64,000 nt of DNA from Candidatus Harrisonbacteria bacterium. Its GTDB lineage: Bacteria; Patescibacteriota; Minisyncoccia; UBA6257; 1-14-0-10-44-23. The stretch's first letter is position 1; each line of letters begins with the position of its first letter. This document shows positions 37,656-47,099 of the stretch, in pieces. The stretch is taken from NCBI GenBank assembly GCA_023255625.1, contig JAHFLF010000001.1, forward strand, positions 431,771 through 495,770. Direction: 5' to 3'. The position numbers and the translations under genes are program-made. Under the pieces are notes generated by a model that was not told the DNA's origin, did no database searches, and saw nothing but the letters and a program-made list of their open reading frames with translations.

Positions 37656-38306
37656 TTAGATATTCTGGCGGTGGTAGTCGCCAAGGTGTGCGTGGTCGTT
37701 GAGTGTCACGATGTGCCAGTTTTTTCCGTCATAGTCAGCGACCGTGATGCCGGTATTATGCATTGAGGTAGTATTAAAAAGATCGCGGAACAGTTTTGCT
37801 GGAACTTCGGGGCCATGGATGATAGTTGCAAAAAGTACGCGCAGGAAGTGTCCGTGGCTGATCACCGCAATATTGTTATATGTTTGGTTGAGCGTTACGG
37901 CGAAATTTAAAAATGCAACTGCTCGGGCACGGACATCAATAAAGCGTTCTTCTGTGGTGTCTCGGAATTCTGGATCTGATAATTCTTTTTCAATCAGGAG
38001 GTCTTTTACTTTTTGGATTTCGGGGTTGTCGCGGGATTTTCCGGTGAGCACCGAGCCCCATTTTTTTTCAACAAGTAGGGGATTGTGTGTGATAGGAATT
38101 TTTTTGACCGCAGAAATATACTCTGCAGTTTGTTGAGCGCGTATATAAGGGCTTGCGAGAATATAATCAACGGGGATTGATTCAAAACGATGGGCTAAAA
38201 ACTCCGCCTGTTTCTTCCCGAGCGCCGTCAGATTTTCTTCAGGGCCTTGGAAAATATGCGTAAGATTACCCTCTGATTGACCATGTCTGACTAAGTAGAG
38301 CTTCAT
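37656..38306 (-). CDS. histidine phosphatase family protein (phosphoglycerate mutase-like)
   Basis: N-terminal LVRHGQSEGN (RHG catalytic motif) and a second His near the C-terminus (ISHGHFLR). Confidence 0.8.
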   Translation of the reverse strand: MKLYLVRHGQSEGNLTHIFQGPEENLTALGKKQAEFLAHRFESIPVDYILASPYIRAQQTAEYISAVKKIPITHNPLLVEKKWGSVLTGKSRDNPEIQKVKDLLIEKELSDPEFRDTTEERFIDVRARAVAFLNFAVTLNQTYNNIAVISHGHFLRVLFATIIHGPEVPAKLFRDLFNTTSMHNTGITVADYDGKNWHIVTLNDHAHLGDYHRQNI

Positions 38307-38309
38307 ACG

Positions 38310-40115
38310 TTATCTGCTTGCCCGCAGCGCGTTAATGGTTACTCCGACATCAATGATTTCTTGTATAGTAGCAGCAAGTATCGGAGTAATAAAGCCCGCG
38401 GCAGCAAAACCCATGCCAATCAGTGAGAGGCCGATGCCAAAACCGATACTCTGGAGCGCAATCTTTGTAGTTTTACGGGAAATAGCCAGTGTTTCGGTAA
38501 CGAGTGCAAGATCATGCCCGAGAATAGCAACACTTGCCGCCTCAATCGAAGCGCTATTTTCTGTACCGGAAAAAACAATGCCGGCATCGGCCAGGGCCAG
38601 AGCTGGTGCATCGTTGAGTCCGTCGCCGATCATAATCACTCGTTCGCCCGCATCACGAGCAGTTTTGACAATGGCAAACTTTTTTTCCGGCGTGGCGCGG
38701 GCATGAATGGTCATACCGTGGCCACCGAACAGGCGGTCGGCATTTTCCTGCGAGTCGCCGGTGATAAGTGCGATTTTATAGTTTTTAGAAAGCTCGGCAA
38801 GAAAGCCGCTGGCGTTCTTCTTCATCTGATCTGCGAAGAAAAATAGGGCGATGGGTATCTCTTCCTGACGCATTTCCAGCAAAATGCCACCTTCATAAAC
38901 TTTGCTGCTTTTATTAATCGTATAGCTTTTTCCGTCAACTGTGCCGGTGATGCCCTGGCCGATTATTTCACTCACATTGGTTGCGATGAGTTCCGGCAAG
39001 CTGCGCCTTGCGCGCTCGGCCATCATGGCGCGGGCGAGTGGATGGAGCGAATGCATCTCAATCGCCGCAGCAATAACAATCGCATGCTCTTCATCAATAT
39101 TCTTATCGTGCAATGTTACTTTTTCAAGCAGTGGTTCGCCGAGCGTGAGGGTACCGGTTTTGTCCAGAAAAATCGTAGTTGCGCTGCTTAGAATTTCCAT
39201 CACCGAGGGTTTTTTGATGATGATTGTTTTCTTCGCAGCGTGGCTCATACCGGCCAGAAAGGCGATGGGTGCGGCGATCAGAAGTGGGCAGGGAGTTGCT
39301 ATGGCGAGCACAGCCAGGGTGCGACTTATATCGCCAGTAAAAAAATAGGTGCCGCCGGAAATAACCAGCGTGGCAATGGTAAAGGGCCAGTTAAATTTTT
39401 CGGCATAGCGCACAATGCGGGCCGGAAATTGGCGACTCTGTGCTACCAGGTCTACAATTTTTTGGTAGCTGGAGGTGGCAAAGCTGCCGGCCGTTTCCAG
39501 TTCAAAAGAGGGGCCGATATTAACCACGCCGCTTTTGATAAATTCATTTTGCGTATGTTCAACCGGCATGCTCTCACCGGTTAAATTCGCCTCATTGACT
39601 GTTGCAGTGGTTGATTTTAAAAATCCATCCAGCGCCACCAGTTCGTTTGTTTTTACAAAAATCGTTGTTTTTTCCGGGATCTCCTGAATGGCAACTTCTT
39701 GGTATCCGGTTGCGGTTTTAACCAGACAAAATTTTGGGATGCCTTCTACTAAAGTTTTTAGAGAGGCCTCTGCTCGTTCGGCGCCAAACTGCTCAAGTGC
39801 GCCGGAGAGGGTAATCATGAGCGCCACAACCGCACCGGCGATATAATATTCGGGAGAGACAAGTGAGGTTGCCATTGCCAGCATGGCAATATAGTCTAGC
39901 GACCATCTTGCTTCGCGTATTTTTTGGACTGACTCCCAGAGTAACTTGCCAAGGCCGATGGCGATTGCCGTTAGGAGCAGGACATTTTTAGATAGGATTG
40001 CGCCAAAGAGTGCGAGCAGAAGAATCACTATTGGGACACGGAATTCTTTTCGGCGGATTATTGTAAGTACGAATGACATTGATTCAGTATACTCTGTTGC
40101 GGCGTAAGAATGCAC
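38310..40115 (-). CDS. P-type ATPase, P1B (heavy-metal transporting)-like, no N-terminal metal-binding domain
   Basis: DKTGTLT phosphorylation motif, GDGLNDAPAL, TGES-like actuator region, TM6 TPCP (xPC) motif at the usual CPC position. Confidence 0.85.
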   Translation of the reverse strand: MHSYAATEYTESMSFVLTIIRRKEFRVPIVILLLALFGAILSKNVLLLTAIAIGLGKLLWESVQKIREARWSLDYIAMLAMATSLVSPEYYIAGAVVALMITLSGALEQFGAERAEASLKTLVEGIPKFCLVKTATGYQEVAIQEIPEKTTIFVKTNELVALDGFLKSTTATVNEANLTGESMPVEHTQNEFIKSGVVNIGPSFELETAGSFATSSYQKIVDLVAQSRQFPARIVRYAEKFNWPFTIATLVISGGTYFFTGDISRTLAVLAIATPCPLLIAAPIAFLAGMSHAAKKTIIIKKPSVMEILSSATTIFLDKTGTLTLGEPLLEKVTLHDKNIDEEHAIVIAAAIEMHSLHPLARAMMAERARRSLPELIATNVSEIIGQGITGTVDGKSYTINKSSKVYEGGILLEMRQEEIPIALFFFADQMKKNASGFLAELSKNYKIALITGDSQENADRLFGGHGMTIHARATPEKKFAIVKTARDAGERVIMIGDGLNDAPALALADAGIVFSGTENSASIEAASVAILGHDLALVTETLAISRKTTKIALQSIGFGIGLSLIGMGFAAAGFITPILAATIQEIIDVGVTINALRASR

Positions 40116-40145
40116 ATTGTAAAAGTGTAGTATATACTAAAATAT

Positions 40146-41156
40146 ATGAAGAAAGCTGCCCTATGGCGGGCTACCGGTATTTTTGTGCTGGCGATTGGCG
40201 TCGGGTTTTTTACTGGTTACAAGATTCCGCGTGCCGGGACATTTGATGTTCAATCAAGCCAGACCCTTCGAGAACATGGCGGATATCAATATATTAGTAA
40301 GCTGCTGGCCTGCGATTTTCCGGTCAGCCAAGACACCCGTAAATATGGAGGATTGACTGATTCGGTAAACGATTTTATCGCAAAAGGAAAGGCAAATCAT
40401 GAATTGAGCCGAATGTCTGTTTACTTTCGAGACCTGACTGACGGTCGCTGGATTGGTGTCGGGGAGGATGATCAATATGACCCAGCCAGTCTCTTTAAAA
40501 TTCCGACACTAATTGCTTATTACAGGTTAGCAGCAACTGAACCGGATATTTTTTCCAGGCAGATTCAGTTTGTTTTTGCTGATGATAATTCAAAGACACA
40601 GAATATAAAACCGAGCGAGGTCTTACAAAACGGGGAGCGGTATACGGTTGATGATCTGCTGAACCGGATGATTATATATTCAGATAATGCCGCTACCAAT
40701 TTACTAATTAAAAATATTGATAAAGTTTATCTTGAAAATGTCTTTAGAGATCTGGAGTTAAGTTCGGCTGTTCTGACTGATGCCGGCGAATCAATGTCTG
40801 CAAAATCATTTTCACTCTTTTTCCGAGTTTTGTATAACGCTTCATACTTAAGTCGAGACCGTTCAGAGAAGGCACTTGCTCTTCTTGCCAAGACTGATTT
40901 CCAGGATGGATTTCAGGCCGGTATTCCGACCGGTGTCCCGATCGCACATAAGTTCGGGGAGAAGACATTTGTGAATCCGCAGGGTATACCGCTTTCCGCG
41001 CAACTACATGAATGCGGGATTGTATATGCGTCCGGGCACCCATATTTACTCTGCGTGATGACCGAAGGGCAGAGCTTGGATAAGCTGAAGACGGTGTTGC
41101 GGAATGTTTCATCTATGGTATATCAGACGGTCGTTGCGGCTGGTATCACAAAGTGA
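40146..41156 (+). CDS. serine hydrolase, class A beta-lactamase / PBP-related
   Basis: Signal anchor. SxxK (ASLFK), SDN (YSDNAATN), KxG (HKFGEK) triad pattern. Confidence 0.55.
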   Translation: MKKAALWRATGIFVLAIGVGFFTGYKIPRAGTFDVQSSQTLREHGGYQYISKLLACDFPVSQDTRKYGGLTDSVNDFIAKGKANHELSRMSVYFRDLTDGRWIGVGEDDQYDPASLFKIPTLIAYYRLAATEPDIFSRQIQFVFADDNSKTQNIKPSEVLQNGERYTVDDLLNRMIIYSDNAATNLLIKNIDKVYLENVFRDLELSSAVLTDAGESMSAKSFSLFFRVLYNASYLSRDRSEKALALLAKTDFQDGFQAGIPTGVPIAHKFGEKTFVNPQGIPLSAQLHECGIVYASGHPYLLCVMTEGQSLDKLKTVLRNVSSMVYQTVVAAGITK

Positions 41157-41207
41157 TCCTGTGCAGGCATTTTAGAAGCTGCAGTAAAGTGGTAGTATAA
41201 TATTCAT

Positions 41208-41576
41208 ATGCGCCCGTTTACTGTCGTTCGGCCGTGGGGCAGTTTTCGCCGTTTTGATCCGGGCCAGATTGTGGCGGTTAAAATTATGCGGATTAATCCA
41301 AATGCACGGGTTAGTTTGCAGTATCATAATCATCGGAGTGAGTTTTGGTACATTATAAGTGGCCGGCCGAAGATTACAATTGGGAAAAAGACAGTAACGG
41401 CCAGGGCCGGACAGGAATTTAAGATTGGTAAAAAAGTTATGCATCGGGTTGCGGCCGGGAAACAGGAGGCGGTTTTTTTGGAGATTTGGTTTGGCCGGGC
41501 CGACGAGACTGACATTGTCAGGATTCAAGATGTATATGGTCGAGCAGGGACGCGGCCAACGAGTAATAAAAAGTGA
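41208..41576 (+). CDS. cupin domain protein (phosphomannose isomerase type II C-terminal-like)
   Basis: RPWGSF N-terminal motif and cupin His/Glu pattern (QYHNHRSEFWYIISG). Confidence 0.6.
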   Translation: MRPFTVVRPWGSFRRFDPGQIVAVKIMRINPNARVSLQYHNHRSEFWYIISGRPKITIGKKTVTARAGQEFKIGKKVMHRVAAGKQEAVFLEIWFGRADETDIVRIQDVYGRAGTRPTSNKK

Positions 41577-42730
41577 AGAATATGGTGCAGCGAGTAAAAA
41601 AACGAGTAAAAAAAATAGCGAATAAGCCGATTAGGAAATTTTTGGTGCGCCAGCGCGTATCATCAAAAACCAGCGTCAAGAAAAAAGTTCGTTCAAAGGT
41701 TAAGAAAGTTGTACCCAAGCAAAAGAAGAAAGCGCTTTTGTTGGCGAGGCATCAGGAAAATCCGGTTATTCAGCCGGGCGGACATGCTTGGGAGGCGCGG
41801 GCAACATTTAACCCGGCCGCCGTTAGTCATCAGGAAAAAGTACATGTTTTGTATCGGGCGATTGGCGACGATGATCGCTCCGTTCTTGGTTATGCTTCAA
41901 GTGAAGACGGCTATAAGTTAAGCGGGCGCTACCACCACCCCGCTTACGATTATTTTCCTGGTCGGTCGGCTCCGGGTACACCAAAACTGCATTACTCCTC
42001 CGGAGGCGGAACAAGCGGCGGCTGCGAGGATCCTAGAATGACGATTCTCGATGATCGCGTGTATTTAATTTATACGGCTTTTGACGGCTGGGGATCGCTT
42101 CGGCTCGCGCTAACTTCTATTAGTTTAGCTGATTTTACTGCGCAGCGCTGGAGCTGGAAAGAGCCGGTGCTGATTTCTCCGCCCGGGCAGATCAATAAAA
42201 ATTGGGCACTTTTTCCGGAGAAAATTAATGGGCAGTATGCGCTGCTTCATAGTATTTCGCCAGCGGTGCAGATTGCCTATTTCAAAAGTTTAGACGAGTT
42301 AGACGGGGCGCATTTTGTGCAGAGCGTTTATCAAAGCGGCGGCGCTCGCAAGGGCGACTGGGACAGCTGGGTGCGCGGCATCGGGCCGCCACCCCTCAAA
42401 ACAGATTATGGCTGGCTGGTTCTTTATCATGCGATGGATTTTCGCGATCCGAATCGCTATAAGCTGGGCGCGATGATTCTGGACTTAAAAAACCCGACTA
42501 AGATTTTATATCGCGCGCAGCAACCGATTCTGGAGCCAGATGAGCATTATGAAAATCAGGGGTTTAAGTCCGGCGTAGTTTACTCCTGCGGCGCGGTTAT
42601 CAAGAACGGAGAACTCATCGTTTACTACGGCGGCGCCGACACCGTCGCCTGCATCGGCTCCGTCAACCTGAATAGTTTTTTAAAAGAGCTCGTTGCGAGC
42701 GGGCGGCCAAGGTTAATAAGTCGGTCGTAG
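41573..42730 (+). CDS. glycoside hydrolase family 130 (DUF377 glycosidase/phosphorylase-like) with Lys-rich N-terminal extension
   Basis: GH130 block HAWEARATFNPAAV..VHVLYRAIGDD..SVLGYASSEDG, preceded by ~55 aa of K/R-rich low complexity. Confidence 0.7.
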   Translation: MKNMVQRVKKRVKKIANKPIRKFLVRQRVSSKTSVKKKVRSKVKKVVPKQKKKALLLARHQENPVIQPGGHAWEARATFNPAAVSHQEKVHVLYRAIGDDDRSVLGYASSEDGYKLSGRYHHPAYDYFPGRSAPGTPKLHYSSGGGTSGGCEDPRMTILDDRVYLIYTAFDGWGSLRLALTSISLADFTAQRWSWKEPVLISPPGQINKNWALFPEKINGQYALLHSISPAVQIAYFKSLDELDGAHFVQSVYQSGGARKGDWDSWVRGIGPPPLKTDYGWLVLYHAMDFRDPNRYKLGAMILDLKNPTKILYRAQQPILEPDEHYENQGFKSGVVYSCGAVIKNGELIVYYGGADTVACIGSVNLNSFLKELVASGRPRLISRS

Positions 42731-42744
42731 AAATCCTGAATTAT

Positions 42745-44676
42745 ATGCCACTAACATTCGAGCGCTCCGAAGAAAATCCAATTTTGGTGCCGCGTTTTGA
42801 TGAGGAGTGGGAGCAGCAAGGCGCTTTTAACGGCTGCGCCGTAGATGATGGCGGGACGATTCATTTTGTGTACCGCGCACAAAGTGCGCAACAGGATTTT
42901 CATGGCGCCCAAATCAGCGTCTCTACTATAGGTTATGCCAGGAGCGAAGATGGTATTCATTTTACTGATCGCCGGCAGCTTATTGTTCCGAGCGAGCCAT
43001 GGGATCGTTTTGGCTGCGAGGATCCGCGGGTTACTAAGATCGGCGATACATATTATATTTTTTATACCGCCCTTTCCGAATATCCGTTTCGGGCCGAAGG
43101 AATCAAAGTTGCAGTTGCGATTACGAAAGATTTCAAAAAGATCATCGCCAAACATTTAGTAACGGCTTTTAATGCAAAGGCGATGGCTCTTTTTCCGGAC
43201 AAAGTCAGCGGTAAATATGCCGCGATTTTGACGGTGCATACGGATATGCCGCCGGCCAACATCGCCCTTGCGTGTTTTGAGAAGATTACCGACATCTGGT
43301 CGCCTGATTATTGGAGCGCTTGGTATGCACAGATGCCGGCGCACCTGATCACGCTTGGCAGGGGTTTGTCTGATCACATAGAGGTTGGTGCGCCGCCAGT
43401 TAAAACAAAAAATGGTTGGCTGATCTTCTTTTCCTATATCGAGAATTATTTTCACCCGCCGGCCAATTTTGGCGTCCAGGCGGCTCTTTTGGATTTGCGC
43501 AATCCTCAAAAAATAATCAGCCGAATAAAGAGTTCTTTGATCTCGCCGAAAGAGGAGTATGAACGATATGGTTTTGTGCCCAATATTACCTTTCCCTCCG
43601 GCGCAATCGTGCGTAAGCGACAGGTGTGGCTTTACTACGGTGCCGCAGATACCTGTTGTGCCATGGCCAGGTTGCCGCTCCAGAGAATTTTGGATGAGCT
43701 GCTTGCGCCGCCGCAGCGCGTTGCAGCTCTCATTCGTTCAGCAGAGAATCCAATTATGAGGCCGGTCCCAGGTCACGAGTGGGAGTCGAAAGCAGTTTTT
43801 AATCCGGCGGCAATTTATTTAGATGGTAAGGTGCATATTGTTTATCGGGCGATGTCATCAGATAACACCTCGGTTTTTGGCTATGCGGTTAGCAATGATG
43901 GATTTACTATCAGCGAGCGATTGCCAGAACCGATTTATGTTCCGCGCGAATCCTACGAGCAGAAACTTGTACCCGGCGGTAACTCCGGCTGCGAGGATCC
44001 GCGATTAACTCAAATCGGGCAGACTATATACATGTGCTATGTTGCCTTTGATGGCAGGAATCCGCCGCGGGTGGCACTAACCTCTATTTCTGTTTCTGAT
44101 TTTCTGAATCGCAAGTGGAATTGGGCACATCCCAAATTAATTTCAGAGTCCGGCCGCGACGACAAAGATACTGCGCTTTTCCCGCGTCTGCTTGGCGGTA
44201 AATATGCTTTTCTGCACCGGCTTGGTGAGAGTATCTGGCTTGATAAAGTCGATTCACTTGAGAGGGATTGGCAGCAGCAGCCGCTTGGCGGTTCGGTGAT
44301 TATGAATCCAAGGGCGACAGTTCACGATAGCCGAAAAATTGGTATTGCTGGGCCGCCGATTGAGACTCCGGCTGGCTGGCTGCTTATTTATCACGGTGTT
44401 TCGCGCAGAGAAGATCATCATTACCATTTGCGCGCCGCGCTGCTCGATAAAAATAATCCGACCAAAATTTTAGCCCGGACAAAAGATGAAATTTTAGATA
44501 CCGAGACCCCATACGAGCGATACGGAATTGTTCCAAATGTTGTTTTCTCCTGCGGACAGGTTGTGCTCGGAGACCAGCTAATTGTTTATTACGGCGCGGC
44601 CGACACAGTGATTGGCGTTGCTTCAATGCCGCTTAACGAACTAATGATGAAGTTGAGGAGTGAAAAGGAAAGATAG
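42745..44676 (+). CDS. tandem double GH130-domain protein
   Basis: Two copies of the WE..FN..AV...HF/IVYRA...S..GYA.S.DG pattern (near residues 20-300 and 340-640). Confidence 0.7.
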   Translation: MPLTFERSEENPILVPRFDEEWEQQGAFNGCAVDDGGTIHFVYRAQSAQQDFHGAQISVSTIGYARSEDGIHFTDRRQLIVPSEPWDRFGCEDPRVTKIGDTYYIFYTALSEYPFRAEGIKVAVAITKDFKKIIAKHLVTAFNAKAMALFPDKVSGKYAAILTVHTDMPPANIALACFEKITDIWSPDYWSAWYAQMPAHLITLGRGLSDHIEVGAPPVKTKNGWLIFFSYIENYFHPPANFGVQAALLDLRNPQKIISRIKSSLISPKEEYERYGFVPNITFPSGAIVRKRQVWLYYGAADTCCAMARLPLQRILDELLAPPQRVAALIRSAENPIMRPVPGHEWESKAVFNPAAIYLDGKVHIVYRAMSSDNTSVFGYAVSNDGFTISERLPEPIYVPRESYEQKLVPGGNSGCEDPRLTQIGQTIYMCYVAFDGRNPPRVALTSISVSDFLNRKWNWAHPKLISESGRDDKDTALFPRLLGGKYAFLHRLGESIWLDKVDSLERDWQQQPLGGSVIMNPRATVHDSRKIGIAGPPIETPAGWLLIYHGVSRREDHHYHLRAALLDKNNPTKILARTKDEILDTETPYERYGIVPNVVFSCGQVVLGDQLIVYYGAADTVIGVASMPLNELMMKLRSEKER

Positions 44677-44704
44677 CGATCACTGTGCGCAGTATTTTTT
44701 ACCT

Positions 44705-44828
44705 GCAGTTTGCCGTCAGACGGCACCGGGGTTATTTTTCTGCTGAAAAATCCCCCTACATCTCCCGCCGTCGCGGTCCGATAGTTGCCGCGTAGACGGC
44801 AAACTGCAGGTAAAAAATTAACGGCTCG
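44705..44828. repeat. structured repeat family 'GACGGCACC-core', copy C
   Basis: Flanks tttttacctgcagtttgccgtc / gacggcaaactgcaggtaaaaaa. Lies between convergent genes and overlaps the 3' end of the dgkA-like ORF. Confidence 0.7.
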
Positions 44829-45201
44829 CATCAAATAGTTTAAGCAGATAAGGAAGAAGCATTTCAATCCAGACCATAATTGCGAGTAAGCCGGTCAAAA
44901 GTACTGCCCCGGCAGAAAGCTCTTTGACCCTGGCCACGCCGGGATGATGCTCTTTGATTAATGCATCCGCTAGTTCCTCGATCGCAGTATTTAAAAGTTC
45001 TGCTGCGAGGGTCAGTATGACCAGGATGATAAATATTCCTTGTTCAGGATAGGAGGCCTGGGCGAAATTTAGTAATGCAGCGGCAACGATGCCGCCGATA
45101 AACAACAGCCGGAAACTGCGCCCGCGTAGAGCGTGGCGCCAGCCCTTTATGGCGCTCGCAATACTGGCAAGGGTGGATTGTTGACCATTTACAGGATGCA
45201 T
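44818..45201 (-). CDS. diacylglycerol kinase family protein (DgkA/undecaprenol kinase-like)
   Basis: Three TM helices and the conserved AELLNTAIEELADAL ... SAGAVLL block of prokaryotic DAGK. Confidence 0.75.
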   Translation of the reverse strand: MHPVNGQQSTLASIASAIKGWRHALRGRSFRLLFIGGIVAAALLNFAQASYPEQGIFIILVILTLAAELLNTAIEELADALIKEHHPGVARVKELSAGAVLLTGLLAIMVWIEMLLPYLLKLFDASR

Positions 45202-45280
45202 ATGCTATAATTATAGTTGATATGGCCGATAGGGTCGAGCGGCGATTATAAACTATCTAAAGAATTTTCTTCATATTATT

Positions 45281-45547
45281 ATGGATGGAAAAAAGTGTGT
45301 TTGTACTCCAGCGATGATTGGTAAGGTTTTGGTCATTATTGGTGCGGTTAACTGGGGCTTGGTTGGTCTGGGCGGTTTGTTCAGCGGTGACTGGAATGTA
45401 GTCAAGATGATTCTTGGCGGCTGGCCGGTCGTTGAGAACATTGTTTATCTCTTGGTGGGTATTGCCGGCGTTATGATGATTTTTGGTTGCAGGTGCAAGG
45501 CCTGCACCTCTTGCCAGCCACCGGCTGCAGGCGGACAGGCGATGTAA
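45281..45547 (+). CDS. DUF378 family membrane protein with Cys-rich C-terminal tail
   Basis: VLVIIGAVNWGLVG ... IVYLLVGIAGV pattern; tail CRCKACTSC. Confidence 0.65.
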   Translation: MDGKKCVCTPAMIGKVLVIIGAVNWGLVGLGGLFSGDWNVVKMILGGWPVVENIVYLLVGIAGVMMIFGCRCKACTSCQPPAAGGQAM

Positions 45548-45623
45548 GCTGCAAAAGATTTTTATTTTTTCAAAAGCGCCTGTGAGGGGCGCTTTTGATT
45601 TTATTGTTCGTGCATGATAAAAT

Positions 45624-46184
45624 ATGCATATGAAAAAATCTACCTGGATCATTTTGGGCATCATTGCCATTATCCTTATTTGGGGAGTTACCAGCTACAA
45701 TAATTTTGTCGGTTTAAACACCGCGACCGACAATCAGTGGGCACAGGTTGAGACTCAATATCAGCGGCGTTTTGATCTGATTCCAAATCTCGTCGCTTCA
45801 ACCCAGGGAGTTTTAAAACAAGAACAAAAGGTGTTTGGCGATCTGGCGGCGGCACGGAGTAAATATGCTGGGGCGGCTACAGTTGGCGAGAAGGTGTCGG
45901 CGGCCAATGAGGTTGAGGGCGCACTTGGACGGCTGCTAGTGATTGTTGAAAACTATCCGCAGCTTAAGTCGGCAGAAACTGTGCAGACGCTGATGGCGCA
46001 GCTTGAAGGCACAGAGAATCGGATCAGTGTGGAGCGGAAACGGTTCAACGACGATGTCGCCGCTCTCAATGCTGCGACAAAACGGTTCCCGTCGTCGATT
46101 ATCGCCGGTATTTTCGGATTTAGCGGGCGCGAGTATTTTCAGTCAGCTGGCGGTAGCGAGGTGGCACCGAAAGTTGAGCTATAA
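45624..46184 (+). CDS. LemA family protein
   Basis: N-terminal TM and conserved LemA blocks (WAQVETQYQRRFDLIPNLV, VENYPQLKS). Confidence 0.85.
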   Translation: MHMKKSTWIILGIIAIILIWGVTSYNNFVGLNTATDNQWAQVETQYQRRFDLIPNLVASTQGVLKQEQKVFGDLAAARSKYAGAATVGEKVSAANEVEGALGRLLVIVENYPQLKSAETVQTLMAQLEGTENRISVERKRFNDDVAALNAATKRFPSSIIAGIFGFSGREYFQSAGGSEVAPKVEL

Positions 46185-46187
46185 AGT

Positions 46188-47060
46188 ATGCGCAAGCTGA
46201 TTGTATTTTTTGCCGCAGTTTGTCTGCTGCCTCCCTTGGCTTTGGCATATATTTCGCCCGGGCAGCCGGCCGGTTTTGTGAATGATTTTGCCGGCGTTCT
46301 TTCGGTAGAACAGAAACTGATGCTTGAGCAAAAGTTATCTAACTTTGAGAAGCAGTCTGGGAGCGAGCTGACAGTTGCTACAGTTCCTTCTCTCGGCGAA
46401 GAAACAGTGGAGGAGTATGCAGTTTCGCTTTTTAAGGAATGGGGGATTGGTAAAAAATCCGCAGACAATGGCGTTTTGCTTTTAGTTGCGCCCAGCGATC
46501 GGCAGATGCGAATTGAGGTCGGTTATGGTTTAGAGGGCGTACTGACTGATGCGCAGGCGGCTCAAATTATCGCGCTCATGCGCCCGGCATTTGCTGCAGG
46601 AGATTTTGCCGGCGGAATAACTTCCGGCGTTGAGGCGATCACCGCCGTTATTTCCGGTGAGCCGCTGCCGGATGTGCCAGCTGCTGGTTTTCGGCTATCT
46701 TCCGACGCTTTCTTATTTATCTTATTTATCGCTGTTTTTATTTTCCGAATCTTTTTTATTATATTTGCGCGCACCAAGTCCTGGTGGCTTGGCGGGGTCA
46801 TCGGTGTAGTTGTGGCCGGTATTGCCGGGTTAGTTTTTAGTTCTCTATTTTACTTAATTTTTGGAATTTTAATTTTAGTACCGCTCGGTCTGCTGTTTGA
46901 TTATCTGGTCAGTCGTACGGCCGGTAAGGTAATACACAAGGATTATCATATTTGGTGGGGTGGGCCGTTTGGCGGAGGTCACGGTGGCGGCTCTGGAGGG
47001 GGATTTGGCGGTTTTGGCGGCGGTAGTTCTGGCGGTGGCGGGGCGAGCGGAGGGTTTTAA
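46188..47060 (+). CDS. TPM domain protein (YgcG-like) with C-terminal TM segments and Gly-rich tail
   Basis: Signal peptide. TPM block FVNDFAGVLS...ELTVATVPSLGEET..EYAVSLFKEWGIGKK..NGVLLLVA. Conserved gene pairing with LemA. Confidence 0.8.
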   Translation: MRKLIVFFAAVCLLPPLALAYISPGQPAGFVNDFAGVLSVEQKLMLEQKLSNFEKQSGSELTVATVPSLGEETVEEYAVSLFKEWGIGKKSADNGVLLLVAPSDRQMRIEVGYGLEGVLTDAQAAQIIALMRPAFAAGDFAGGITSGVEAITAVISGEPLPDVPAAGFRLSSDAFLFILFIAVFIFRIFFIIFARTKSWWLGGVIGVVVAGIAGLVFSSLFYLIFGILILVPLGLLFDYLVSRTAGKVIHKDYHIWWGGPFGGGHGGGSGGGFGGFGGGSSGGGGASGGF

Positions 47061-47099
47061 AAGTTATACACTTCCCTAATTGCGTTGTCTTTCCCTATA

